Part shown: positions 1 to 11,962 of the stretch, piece by piece
Position numbering within the stretch: the stretch's first letter is position 1
How the letters are laid out: the number at the start of each line of letters is the position of its first letter
Source: TPA_inf: Saccharomyces
Taxonomy: Eukaryota
Assembly (NCBI GenBank): GCA_000146045.2
Contig: BK006949.2
Span: 448,001 to 512,000 of the forward strand
Length of the DNA: 64,000 nucleotides
Direction of reading: 5' to 3'
Translations under genes and position numbers: made by a program
The notes under the pieces: model-generated
Database searches by the model: none
The model's input: the letters and a program-made list of their open reading frames with translations, nothing else
Told to the model about the DNA's origin: nothing

Positions 1-2377
1 CTCCTCCCTCAACAGGTTTCAAATATTCTGATAAGATGACATTGAACACAATATAACCAAAAGTCCACACAATGTTCACACCCCAATTTCTCCAAGCATG
101 CTTATATGCGAAATGATATTGGTGTAAGATGTAAGAGTCACCGCTAACATACAAGTTACCCTTAACCGCACCAGCAGCATCACAGACTTGGTTAGCAATA
201 GAAATACCTTCATAACCAGGACCAGATGGGACTAAGGCGCTACACAACATTTCCCTGTGGTGAAATTCAGTGGAAACTAAACTTTCAAAAGCATAAGTTA
301 AAGGATTAATGAAATGAAGCCATCTAATCCAATGATGCATTTCACCAATTGGCAAGACAAAACCAGCATAAACACAAAGCATCAGGACCCATAAACCACC
401 GACGGCATGGGCATCCACACCAGATTTACTCATAGTAGCAACAAACTTGAAAATGAAAGAAGTACATTGTTGCACAGTCAGTAGATATAAAATATACTGG
501 AAGAAAGCACCAGCTTCATATTTCATAAATGGAATCCAGTAAGTAATCAAACATAGTATCACAATAGCGACAAATTTAGTAGGGAACTCAGTGATAATCT
601 CTTGTAACGATTCCGCAGACAAATGGTACATGGAATATGATTTGTGTTTGACAATAACAGGTCTACTAGAAAAAGAGTTACCAATTTCGGCCAAGGAAGT
701 AACAGAAGCGAACAATAAAACATAGAATAACATACCACCACGAGAATAAGCACCTGCCGTGGTGGATTGACTTTTGTCATCAATTTTGTGGAACATAGAA
801 CCGATAATCAAAGCTTTGATCAAAAAAGAACTTAAGTAGACCTTAGTATACGTTGAATCACCCTTAACCCTTTGAAAACCACGAATCATACAATAATAAA
901 CTTGTGTCCAATAATTGACAACATATTGAGAATTTTCTCTTTGGCCTTGTTGCAGTCTTTGCTTCTTGGCCACATCCAGTCTATCTCTCGTTTCATTAAC
1001 AGGGTGTCTACTTTGATAATCATCATAAGTTCTTAAAAGTTCCTGATAATCCTCAGAGTTCAACCAGTATTCCTCAAACTCTGAACTAGATTTTGGAACT
1101 TTATCTTCATAGCCAGGTTTAATATCCAATGTCCTATTTTCAAAATCGACCGTGACGGATGTTAAAAATTCCGCAGAGGTCATTCTGTTTGGTTTAACCC
1201 AACCCATTCTTTGGAAATATCCAACAGCTTTATCAGCAGGACCGAAGTAAATCTGTCTACCGTTATATAGAACAGTAGTTTTATCAAATAATTCATAAAT
1301 ATTTTCACCAGCTTGGTAAATAGCAACAATAGCAGAGTTGTTTACCATATTTGTAGCCGTTCTAATGGCTTGGGCAAACTCTAAAGCAGTAGAGGCATCC
1401 AAACCTCTTGTGGCGTTATCCCAAGAGTAGATGGAGGCATTCATTGCCTGAGCTTCAACCAAGGAAACACGCTTACGTTCACCACCAGAAACACCTCTTA
1501 CGAAATCGTTACCGACTTTGGTGGCATATGTGTGTCTTAAACCAAAAACGGTACACCACATATCTCTGATGTTATCAACGTATTGCTTTCTCGTCATTTT
1601 GTCAATTCTAACACGAGGAGTCTTACATTTTAGGGCAAAATCGATTGTTTCCTTCACAGTAATTTTTGGGAAATGGAAATCAAGCTCGGGACAGTAAATA
1701 ACGTAACCTTTATACTTAGACATCATTTCGCTTTGGTCCAGACCATCATAGGAGAATTCACCTTGTACATCAACTAATTCTGAAGTTTCACCAGATAGAC
1801 ACTTTAGGAAAGTGGAGCAACCTGCACCTGGCCTACCGACGACAAATAACATTTCACCAGATTCAACGACACCCGTACAATTTTGAATAATATTCCTTAA
1901 TGGGACATCAGATTTCTTGGTAAATTTACTTATGAGATGTGCCGGTATACTAGCAATATTTCTAAACATCTCTTCAACACTAGGCCCATATGCAGCAGAG
2001 GCATCAACACCGACTGCTGTTAGGTTTTTAAAGGCAATACCAGAATCACCAGGTTCAATTCCCTGTTCCAATTGACGAGACCTCAAATAATGTAATAGTG
2101 AGCGCAAATCAAAATCTAAGTCATTAATTTCAAAAGAGTCCATTTCCTTCTTTGTCTTATGTGAAATGACTCTCGCCATAGACTCCAACCTTTCAATACC
2201 TTCTTCATTGGAAAGAATGTTTGAAAGGTGACGGGATAGCTGAGAAGTGGCTGCCAAATCCTCATTATCAACTTGGCCTTCGGAGGCAGCGTAGGATTGT
2301 ACCGAATTAGCATAATCATCGTCATGGTTCGATCTCGACGAAATGTCTTTCTCAATATGTTCGTCAGTCGAAGACAT
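1..2377 (-). CDS. PDR12: ABC transporter PDR12 (weak-organic-acid efflux pump), N-terminal ~792 codons. The gene runs off the window start.
   Basis: The reverse-strand ATG at 2377..2375 opens a frame that stays open to position 1. I translated it by hand as MSSTDEHIEKDISSRSNHDDDYANSVQSYAASEG.... It carries a Walker A motif (GRPGAGCST) and an ABC signature (VSGGERKRVS). The track omits it because it is incomplete. Its position next to SUR1 fits YPL058C. Confidence 0.85.
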   Translation of the reverse strand, partial: MSSTDEHIEKDISSRSNHDDDYANSVQSYAASEGQVDNEDLAATSQLSRHLSNILSNEEGIERLESMARVISHKTKKEMDSFEINDLDFDLRSLLHYLRSRQLEQGIEPGDSGIAFKNLTAVGVDASAAYGPSVEEMFRNIASIPAHLISKFTKKSDVPLRNIIQNCTGVVESGEMLFVVGRPGAGCSTFLKCLSGETSELVDVQGEFSYDGLDQSEMMSKYKGYVIYCPELDFHFPKITVKETIDFALKCKTPRVRIDKMTRKQYVDNIRDMWCTVFGLRHTYATKVGNDFVRGVSGGERKRVSLVEAQAMNASIYSWDNATRGLDASTALEFAQAIRTATNMVNNSAIVAIYQAGENIYELFDKTTVLYNGRQIYFGPADKAVGYFQRMGWVKPNRMTSAEFLTSVTVDFENRTLDIKPGYEDKVPKSSSEFEEYWLNSEDYQELLRTYDDYQSRHPVNETRDRLDVAKKQRLQQGQRENSQYVVNYWTQVYYCMIRGFQRVKGDSTYTKVYLSSFLIKALIIGSMFHKIDDKSQSTTAGAYSRGGMLFYVLLFASVTSLAEIGNSFSSRPVIVKHKSYSMYHLSAESLQEIITEFPTKFVAIVILCLITYWIPFMKYEAGAFFQYILYLLTVQQCTSFIFKFVATMSKSGVDAHAVGGLWVLMLCVYAGFVLPIGEMHHWIRWLHFINPLTYAFESLVSTEFHHREMLCSALVPSGPGYEGISIANQVCDAAGAVKGNLYVSGDSYILHQYHFAYKHAWRNWGVNIVWTFGYIVFNVILSEYLKPVEGG

Positions 2378-2839
2378 TTTTTTATTAATAAGAACAATAA
2401 CAATAAATCTGTAAACCTTTTTTTTAAGTGAAAATTAGTAACTGGGAAAACAGAGAGAAAAAAAGCAGAAGAATATATTGATTGAAGAATAAAACTGTTT
2501 AACGTTCCCGTTTATTTTTCAGATTATCCTATTGTTATACTATTATCGTTCTTAGTCTTTTCTTTATATGATAAAGAGAACCCCAAAAAGAGAACTACCT
2601 TGTACCATGGTTGTTAATAAAATTGGATTTGTTGATATATTTATATGATTAACATTTCATTCAGGATAGAATTGCCTAAAAGGTAAGAAATAATCATAAG
2701 AACCGTCGAGAAAATGTGATACCGAATCCCTGCGGTGGACGTGGCTAAAGAATAGTGAAGAAAAACCGGCTGTAGTGTATGTTTTGTATGAGCCATAGCC
2801 GAAAGATCGAAAAAGTAGCAGATCCCAAACACTTTACGG

Positions 2840-3060
2840 AAAAAAATCGAGAAATTCCGGCGAATCGGCTCTTAACGGATGCAGGGTGTCAGTCTGATGA
2901 GCCATAAAAAGAAAGATGCACCATTGCCAAGCTGCCCTGAGGAAGGGTTTTGGTTACCCTGTGAGATGGATGCGGTAAAATGACCAAGGGACCGGTTGGT
3001 AAGGGACCAGGTTAGGAACCGTGAGCGGCGAAAAAAGCGCGCATTTGCACAATTATATTA
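2840..3060 (-). promoter_or_regulatory. PDR12 upstream region with clustered CGG/CCG triplets, e.g. ccggcgaatcggctcttaacgg and ccgtgagcggcg. This is a candidate War1 (Zn2Cys6) weak-acid response element region.
   Basis: Several CGG/CCG half-sites sit 450-700 bp upstream of the PDR12 ATG. War1 is the known regulator of PDR12. I cannot recall the exact element sequence, so the placement is approximate. Confidence 0.3.
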
Positions 3061-3908
3061 TTAACAGGTGCCTGAATTTTAAGAACCGTCCACCATCACA
3101 GGTGAAACAAATCAACAGAGTCCTGCCGGCTGGTAAACAATCCATCTTTGGTTTAGAGGCCACTATCGTCAGAATAATATAAGGTCTATTTTCGGCGCGA
3201 AAGTCCTGATGAGGTAAATCGTAGTCAGGCGCCTGAAAGTCTAAACTAAACAATTGAAAGCCGAAACCGAAACGCGGAAAAGTAAATGGCACTCTTCGAG
3301 CGGCTACTAGTCGAGTAATTACATTTCTAAATTAGTCTGTGCAATAGGGAAAAGAGAACATTCTTACTCCGTTGCGATGTTTCTGAGCATAAGGCGCGCG
3401 CAAAAGCACGCACGCATTGACCGGAGCGGCGCCCACACACGGTTGTTATCCTAGTTTTTGTTGTGAGGAAGTGTTCATATTCTTTTAGGTTATATTTATA
3501 TATATATATATAAAAGTTGAATGTAAAATGCAAAACAAAGATATCGTAGTATAGAGGGTAATATCACAGTAATAAAACAGGCCTGGTTTGAAGAATGATT
3601 ATGTTGATGCTGGAGGTCGTAAATTGTAACATGAAATAGGGAGCATGCGAAAAAAAAAAATGACGAGCAAAAAAAGCAAGGTAGACAGGCGTGCCAAGCG
3701 GAGTAGTATGTCGTAAGAAGCGAGCAAATAGTACTCCTTGTCTTGCAAAGTAGCGAAGTACAAGACTGGTCTTCAGGCTGCTAGAGATTTGTATCAATTT
3801 TGTATTTTTTTTTCATCCCATGCAATTTTCCTTCCCATTTCTTTTGCTTTTTTTGCCGCGAATTGAAATATAAAGTCTGATATGAATTGTTGGAGTCATA
3901 CCATTCTC

Positions 3909-5057
3909 TTACGAGCTGTTATTTCCCAGTGAGTACTTAGAAGAATCATTCTTTTCTAAATCGTAAACATCACTTTTCCTTGAAGATTTTAGTAACACTA
4001 TGTTTGTATTGGAATCTTTCCTCAATCGTTTCTGCTGCCTTGCCAGCAAAGTGGCACTGGCAGTATCACTGGTACTTTTACTCAACTTTAGTCTTAAGCC
4101 TAATGAATTTAGAATTGTGACAAATCTTACTTTTATAGCATTAAGTTTCCAATTTTTGGTTAGATTACTGAAATTCTTGGAACACAACCAGCAATAGAAC
4201 GTGAATTCACCATATAGGATAAAGAAGCCAAAAATAAATCCGGTAACGACGCAGGATAAGATGTGGTTTTCTAGTGCTTTCATCAATTTTGCATCATCTA
4301 AATGCCATGAAGAGCCTTTAGTAATGGAGAAAAATGAATAACTATGCATCTTGTAGTAAGCAGGTTGTAGGATTCTTACTGTCCCGTTCTTAGGTATGCG
4401 CCATCTTTTGTACTGCTTCCAAATAACACTTAAAAACAACGGACCAGTAGACCCCATAATAGTCATGTAAGGGATAAACCAGTACTTGTCATAGTGTTTC
4501 AAAGACTTTAAAGCCTTTAAAAAGAAGGGATGTCTAGGCACAGAACCCATGACATCGTTTGAGACACCTAAAGGTGAAGTCTTTCTTAAGAAGGCCGGGA
4601 AAGCTAACAAAGGATCTAGTTTCCTTTCGCAGCCGTCATCTAAATCGATGTATACACCACCATAATGGGACAGGATAAAGTAACGAATGGCATCGGCACG
4701 TTCTATGGGGTATTTGTAGTTCTCAAAAGTATCGAGAAACCACGGGTATTCTTCCTTTATAAACTCATAGGCCATCTCGTCCGTCCATAGGATGTACTTG
4801 TAATCTGGATGTAGATCGAGACATTTTTGTCTACCCTCTTTCCAGTGCTCAGGGATGTCTTCCGTTTTATAAGTCTGATGTATGATTTTAGGTATTAGTT
4901 GAGGCTTTGGAGGTGCATCTGGATTTAAGTCTTCCTCAAGTATAGCATCTTTAACAGTATCGTCAATACACAACGTTAGCAAATCGAAAGTGTAGTATAT
5001 TATAGATAACAGGAGGAGTATGTTGAAGCAGATAAGGTATTTTAATTCTTTTCTCAT
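3909..5057 (-). CDS. SUR1: Mannosylinositol-phosphorylceramide synthase catalytic subunit (GT32 family)
   Basis: The 382-aa ORF has an N-terminal transmembrane segment and a DxD-type IDLDDG motif. The length matches SUR1/CSG1 (YPL057C). Confidence 0.9.
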   Translation of the reverse strand: MRKELKYLICFNILLLLSIIYYTFDLLTLCIDDTVKDAILEEDLNPDAPPKPQLIPKIIHQTYKTEDIPEHWKEGRQKCLDLHPDYKYILWTDEMAYEFIKEEYPWFLDTFENYKYPIERADAIRYFILSHYGGVYIDLDDGCERKLDPLLAFPAFLRKTSPLGVSNDVMGSVPRHPFFLKALKSLKHYDKYWFIPYMTIMGSTGPLFLSVIWKQYKRWRIPKNGTVRILQPAYYKMHSYSFFSITKGSSWHLDDAKLMKALENHILSCVVTGFIFGFFILYGEFTFYCWLCSKNFSNLTKNWKLNAIKVRFVTILNSLGLRLKLSKSTSDTASATLLARQQKRLRKDSNTNIVLLKSSRKSDVYDLEKNDSSKYSLGNNSS

Positions 5058-5429
5058 CGTGAGTGCAACAGCGGAAAATCAGAAAAATAGAGTAAAGCAA
5101 ATATGCGAAAATGAAAAGTGTCTTCCGATTTATTGTTTGTTTGTATGTGTTTATTTGAATCCGATGATGAATATTACAACAGGTTAAAGAAAACAAAACA
5201 TGCGAAGCAAAATATGACGGGAATGTTGGCACCTTTTATTTAACTATATTAGAAAAGAAAAAGCAGAAAACGTAAAATATCTGCGTAAGCCTCCTCCCTG
5301 TGTCTTCACTCCTCTAACCATTTTTTCCAAGTAGAAAAGTTTATATATAACAAGAGGGGAAAAAAATGTGGAAATTGGCAGTGGACGTGAGAACAAAAAA
5401 GCACCGCTGAAAGGCTTGGCCAAGGAAGT

Positions 5430-5735
5430 TTAGAAAGGCGATAATAACGAGGTAAGAAGAAAGAAAAAAAAAGAAAAAGATGGCTTAGCAAAAGATTGGT
5501 TTTTATCCCGGGGGAGTTGTTGTGGCCGGGAGCAAGAGAAGAGACGCAGCAAGCGTGGGTCAATGATAATGACGCAGCGCGACGCGACGCGACGCGAATT
5601 CAAAAGTGTGAGTTTGCTCGGGGATAGTAATAATGCGGGGGGGAAGACGAAACAGACCGTGTGTGGTGTGGGTGGGATTTCGTGGGAGCACGTGGCGAGC
5701 AGAGGAAGAGCCTCACACAATGCTGCGTTCTTCAT
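5430..5735 (-). CDS. LCL1: Small putative ORF. If real, it is probably YPL056C (LCL1); the 101-aa length matches when the second Met is used as the start.
   Basis: It is the only ORF of about 100 aa on the minus strand between SUR1 and LGE1. The low-complexity, proline- and leucine-rich product gives no independent sign of coding. I assigned it by position and length alone. Confidence 0.4.
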   Translation of the reverse strand: MKNAALCEALPLLATCSHEIPPTPHTVCFVFPPALLLSPSKLTLLNSRRVASRCVIIIDPRLLRLFSCSRPQQLPRDKNQSFAKPSFSFFFFLLTSLLSPF

Positions 5736-5991
5736 AAAGGGGATCAAAGCAAATAGATAATCGATTCCAAAGACAGATGGCTGACACGCACTTTCACAGT
5801 TTCGCAGTTTTTTCTTTTTTCGTAGTCGCTTTCCTAGTCGCTTTCCTGGCTCTTTACCTAATCGGGCTTAACCTAGCAGTACCTTTTCTCGATTCATGAA
5901 ATCAAAACGCTAGTCACTTCCTTATAATTTCCTTTTTCAATTTCCGCCGCTTGCGTTTACGTAGTTTATCTATTTATAGGTACGGTATACC

Positions 5992-6993
<1,002 letters not shown>

Positions 6994-7690
6994 TTACTGC
7001 GGTTTTTTGGTCACCTCTTCTGCCTCGTAATAAATGTGGTGTTCTTTCCTTTCATCGCAGTTGATTCATTCTCTCTGATGAAAATAAGAGAAAAAAAAGA
7101 ACTTCACAGGGTAATGGCCCGTACAAAGTGTCTTTTTTTTCAATTCGGAACGGCGGAATTCCCCGCCACTCTTGCCCCGCCCCTTAAAACGCCAAGGTGA
7201 AAGGGAGCTCTACTACAGGCCCGCCACAGTATGATGTGGGATAAAAAAGATGATAGGAAGAAAAGGTGCAGACAACATCCTGTATGGGGTGCACGGTGTG
7301 GCAGTGCTAGTAATAAAATGATGTGGAGATTAACATGTTGTGGTACGGTATTCTTATCTTCAAGGTACCACAGTATAATTCTGCCTTTATCATTTTTTAT
7401 TTGTATTATGTATTTTCGTGCTTATCTTGTAATTTTTAAGTTTTGGATTTCGGTGCTTCGTGTAGTTCTTCCCCTATATCTCAATCTAAAGTAAATTATT
7501 ACAAAATATGGTGGTGATCTTTTAATCTCAAAGCTTCTTTTACTCCGGGCATTATAAAAACAGAATCTCTTAGCAGTTACTCTTTTCCCTTTTCTCTTGT
7601 GCCGTCATATTAGAGTAATTATAATTTCTTCTTTTTCGGCTTCCCCTTGTTTCTACAAAATCTCGATTTTATTATCTAACACTATCATAA

Positions 7691-7727
7691 CTACTACTAT
7701 TACTATTACTATTATTATTATTATTAT
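7691..7727. repeat. Imperfect trinucleotide (ACT/ATT)n microsatellite in the LEE1 5' flank
   Basis: The sequence reads ctactactattactattactattattattattattata. Confidence 0.9.
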
Positions 7728-7758
7728 AAATCTTAAAACTATTATTTGCTAAAACAAA

Positions 7759-8664
7759 ATGGATGCTTTTGAGAATATGTCTGTATCAAATCATCCGGGC
7801 GGTAACGCAAGAAGAAACTCCCAATCAGCAAACGAAATGCTTGCATCGCAAATTCAGGATTTCCAGAATATTCCAAGGTCTTTCAATGACAGCAATGCAA
7901 ATGTAAATTTGTCAAAAAATTGTACTGTCGGCAATCAACTGCCTTTCTCATCACGTCAACAAAAAATTATCATGGAACATTTACTGATAACGAAGAACAA
8001 TTCTCAACAGCAGAAGGACTATTCACACGTGCCATGCAAATTTTTTAAGATGGGCAATTGCCAAGCTGGCTCGTCTTGTCCCTTTTCCCATTCCCCAGAT
8101 ATTATCAGTTCTGCGAATAATTTACCTTGCAAGTATTTCGCAAAGGGTAACTGTAAATTCGGTAACAAGTGTGTTAATGCTCATGTGCTGCCAAATGGGT
8201 TCAAGATGAACAGTAAAGAACCTATTGACATCACTCCCCCTTCACAAAACAACTACTTATCCCATGCTAGATCAGCTTCTTTCTCTACCTACACGTCTCC
8301 TCCTCTGTCTGCACAAACGGAATTCTCTCACTCTGCTTCGAATGCAAACTACTTTTCCTCGCAATACCTAATGTATTCGCCTCAGAAAAGTCCAGAGGCC
8401 CTATATACTGAATTCTTTTCTCCCCCTTCGTCTTCTTCTTCGTACATCAACTATAGCTATAATAACTCCAACATTAATGCCTATTCTCCAGTCTCTTCGT
8501 CTTCATCTAACATTTGGCAAGAGCAAGGCCAAACTACGTTATCGAATCCGAGTGTGAATCAGAATTTAAGGTATCGTACAGGCCCTGCAATTCAAGAAGA
8601 ATCAGATAATGAAATTGAAGATTTACTTATTCACAATTTCAATTCCAGATACTGTCATGAATGA
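7759..8664 (+). CDS. LEE1: Tandem CCCH zinc-finger protein
   Basis: The 301-aa ORF has two C-x8-C-x5-C-x3-H fingers (CKFFKMGNCQAGSSCPFSH and CKYFAKGNCKFGNKCVNAH). Its position fits YPL054W. Confidence 0.85.
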   Translation: MDAFENMSVSNHPGGNARRNSQSANEMLASQIQDFQNIPRSFNDSNANVNLSKNCTVGNQLPFSSRQQKIIMEHLLITKNNSQQQKDYSHVPCKFFKMGNCQAGSSCPFSHSPDIISSANNLPCKYFAKGNCKFGNKCVNAHVLPNGFKMNSKEPIDITPPSQNNYLSHARSASFSTYTSPPLSAQTEFSHSASNANYFSSQYLMYSPQKSPEALYTEFFSPPSSSSSYINYSYNNSNINAYSPVSSSSSNIWQEQGQTTLSNPSVNQNLRYRTGPAIQEESDNEIEDLLIHNFNSRYCHE

Positions 8665-9117
8665 AGAGCCGCCCCATCCATAGTTTTTCCTAGTTCAAGC
8701 ATTAATATACCGGACCACTCTACATCTTCCGAAAGCCGGAAAATAAGAACAAAAAATAATAAAAAAAAGCACGTTTAATATAAAAAACATTTCATTGTAT
8801 GAGTTGGATTCTTTTAATTTTATTTTAAAATACGGTTGCATTTTGCATAGTAATATCCAACCAATTATTTACTGAAATTTGAAATTTGATTAAAAAAGTC
8901 AAACCAAAAAAACTACGACAATACATGAAGCTCTGAATCTTCTAGCCTAGTCATTTTATATATATATATTCACCTCCTCTCGATACGTTCCATCATAAGT
9001 TAGTTTTGTTTTTCTCTTTCTCGCGATCCTAATTAAAAATTAAATAAAATAAATAAATACATATGTATATATATTCATATGTAGAAGATTATTGTTCTTA
9101 TACATCAGTGTTTTGAT

Positions 9118-10458
9118 TTATGGTAACCTATCCCAACCTTCTGGCTTATCTTTCTTCATAATGTCGAAGTAATGTCCGCCACATGAACCACTTCTAAACG
9201 TGAAATCGTTACCCTGGTCACAGTTACAATTATATTGGTTCCATATATCATCGTTTAGGGGACAGTTATTGTACTTGTCATAATGGAATCCTATATTTTC
9301 GAAAAAATGTATTTTATCCTTTGGCAACAGCATCGATAACCCAATTGTGTGGATGATGGAATCAGACCATTTCCAGTAGAAAATACCGCCCTCTTCGTCG
9401 ATGTAATTAAAAAATTTCCTGTAAGCTGGCGATCTATAAAAGTTCAAATTACCAATTTCAAAATTTGATGTGAATTCACAGTTGTTAAAATCTTCAGAGT
9501 CCTTTTTTGTAATAAATGACTTGAAATTATTCTCGGAAATAAACTTTGGAAAATCCTTTGCAAATTTTTTCGTAACATCCCAAATCTTCTCATTGGCTTC
9601 CTTAGCTTCACTCATACTCAATGTGAAACCAAACACTTTGCCTTCATCTTGCATCCACCTAAAAAGGTCATGATCAATATCACAGTACAATTTAATACCA
9701 GGGTCTACTCTCCAGTACCAATCAAACTCATCCAGAACTGGATGCCTCCAAAAAAACCCTGCAAAATATCTAGCTTGATATCTTACAGCTCTAGAATCAC
9801 CATCCGGTACATTTGCTAATGAAATTAGCGATTCTGCTGCTTTATTTTCATCAATCCATTCAGGGTATACCCATTCGTCTGCAGGAATTTCAGCAAATTT
9901 AATATTAATTAACTCAGGATCACCATTCATAGAATCAGTTATGGCTTGACGAATCATTTCTTGCTTCATTCCGTCAAGCTCCCCCTGACTAATAAAAACC
10001 CAAGGATAAGCAAAATTTTTGTTAAACTTCACCTGCACTTCATCAATAGATTGTAAGATTTGGGTCATGGAATCCCTTTCAGTAATTAGTGAGACAAAGC
10101 ACGCCTTTGGTGGTGATCCTCTATGATTGATATACGATGGCACCATGAACCCTAGCGTCGTTTCATTACCACCATAAGATTTGATCTTTTCCTTAATGGC
10201 ATTCACGGTGGCATTTCTAATGGCCTCTCCCTCTAAAGATTGCTTCAATTCGGCTTCTTCCTGTTCACTTTGTATACGCCTTTGTTCCTCTGCACTAATT
10301 TTTGCAATAGGTTGCAAAGATTTCGGAAGGTATGGTGTAACATACTGTTCAGACATCTGCTTTGTTTTTGGATGATTTATTGTCACCATTAGCGCAAGCA
10401 CGAAAACAAACGAAATCAACAGAAAGCGTGCTATTTTTTTGCTCAGCAGTACGTGCAT
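9118..10458 (-). CDS. KTR6: Golgi mannosylphosphate transferase of the Kre2/Mnt1 family, a type II membrane protein
   Basis: The 446-aa ORF has an N-terminal signal-anchor and KTR-family glycosyltransferase motifs (YQARYFAGFFWRHP). The length matches KTR6/MNN6 (YPL053C). Confidence 0.85.
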   Translation of the reverse strand: MHVLLSKKIARFLLISFVFVLALMVTINHPKTKQMSEQYVTPYLPKSLQPIAKISAEEQRRIQSEQEEAELKQSLEGEAIRNATVNAIKEKIKSYGGNETTLGFMVPSYINHRGSPPKACFVSLITERDSMTQILQSIDEVQVKFNKNFAYPWVFISQGELDGMKQEMIRQAITDSMNGDPELINIKFAEIPADEWVYPEWIDENKAAESLISLANVPDGDSRAVRYQARYFAGFFWRHPVLDEFDWYWRVDPGIKLYCDIDHDLFRWMQDEGKVFGFTLSMSEAKEANEKIWDVTKKFAKDFPKFISENNFKSFITKKDSEDFNNCEFTSNFEIGNLNFYRSPAYRKFFNYIDEEGGIFYWKWSDSIIHTIGLSMLLPKDKIHFFENIGFHYDKYNNCPLNDDIWNQYNCNCDQGNDFTFRSGSCGGHYFDIMKKDKPEGWDRLP

Positions 10459-10798
10459 CTTACCTTATCTTATCTTCACTAAAGGGCACAAAAGGTTGGG
10501 TGAACGCTTAGTATCCCTCTAGTCTTGTATACTCGTACACATTATAAGTACATTTAACAAATCTCATCCACATTTCTCGAATAAATATCACATGTAACTT
10601 GAAGGTTATTTTTATATTTTTTTTTCCTGTGAAGGAACAACTCGTGTCTCACGAGAGCGCCACTTAAAAAACGAAAAGATAATCGGCGATGACTATATAT
10701 GTATGTGATTGAGAATAAAAATATGGAAAGATAAAAGACCTAGTAACGTTGTATTTCAATAGTGAGGATAACATAAAGAAGTAAAAAGATCTTTGAAA

Positions 10799-11678
10799 AT
10801 GTATGAAGTAATACAGAAAAGGAAAACAAAAATAATAAACGTTTTACAGAGTCCTGAACTCATGAGGCTCATAGAGGACCCATCAAATCTGGGTATTTCT
10901 TTACATTTTCCAGTAAGTTCACTGCTAAAAAGTAATAAGTGCACACCAATGCCTAAACTTTCTACGTATAGTTTGGCTAGTGGGGGATTTAAGGATTGGT
11001 GCGCGTGACATCCCTCTAGACGTTCCACCAGAGATTGATATCATCGATTTTTACTGGGATGTTATTTTATGCATGGAATCTCAATTCATATTAGATTACA
11101 ATGTTCCGTCAAAAAATAAGGGGAACAATCAGAAGTCTGTTGCTAAGCTGTTGAAAAATAAGCTTGTAAACGATATGAAAACTACGTTAAAAAGACTAAT
11201 TTATAATGAAAATACCAAGCAATATAAAAATAATAATAGCCACGATGGTTACAATTGGAGAAAACTAGGCTCGCAGTATTTCATACTGTATCTTCCCCTA
11301 TTTACGCAGGAACTGATTTGGTGTAAACTTAATGAAAACTATTTCCATGTTGTATTACCATCTTTACTGAATAGTAGGAACGTTCATGATAACCACAGTA
11401 CCTATATAAATAAAGATTGGTTACTTGCCCTTTTAGAGCTAACTTCCAACCTGAACCAAAACTTCAAATTCGAATACATGAAATTGAGATTGTATATTTT
11501 AAGAGATGATTTAATTAATAATGGTTTGGATCTTTTGAAAAATCTTAACTGGGTCGGTGGGAAACTGATTAAAAATGAAGATAGAGAAGTCTTGTTGAAC
11601 TCGACCGATTTAGCTACGGATTCTATTTCTCATTTATTAGGTGATGAAAACTTTGTTATTTTAGAGTTTGAATGCTAA
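10799..11678 (+). CDS. OAZ1: Ornithine decarboxylase antizyme. The CDS needs a programmed +1 ribosomal frameshift: ORF1 is 10799..11005 and ORF2 is 11007..11678, skipping U at 11006.
   Basis: Two overlapping ORFs (10793..11008 in frame 2 and 10980..11678 in frame 0) join at gcg-tga-c. The fused product, ...GGFKDWCA/DIPLDVPPEIDIIDFYW..., is 292 aa when it starts at MYEVIQ. That equals the known Oaz1 length. Confidence 0.9.
11003..11009 (+). other. OAZ1: Programmed +1 frameshift site GCG-UGA-C, the polyamine-sensing recoding site of antizyme
   Basis: The ORF1 stop codon UGA lies at 11006..11008. ORF2 continues as GAC AUC CCU from 11007. Confidence 0.85.
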
Positions 11679-11962
11679 GCAGTTATATTCAGTTAGAAGC
11701 ATATATCCCACCATTAAATAAGTTAACATACTACTGCATTTTTATTTTATGTTTAAGAGCAGATACGTCAATGTAGCTTGCATATGTACGTATCCTCCCC
11801 CACCTCCTATTTTCTACTTTGAACTTTATGGGAGTGTTAGTATAAGAAATATGTTTACACCTTTTTCAGACAAATGTAAACGGAAAATTAAAAAACGAAT
11901 TCAGATCGATGTGTTAATCAAGTAGATGAAGGAGAATAAAGCATATAAAGCGCACCGCACAC

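Noticed and set aside
4000-4197. 65-aa plus-strand ORF inside SUR1
   Set aside because: It is a short antisense ORF within a well-supported coding gene.
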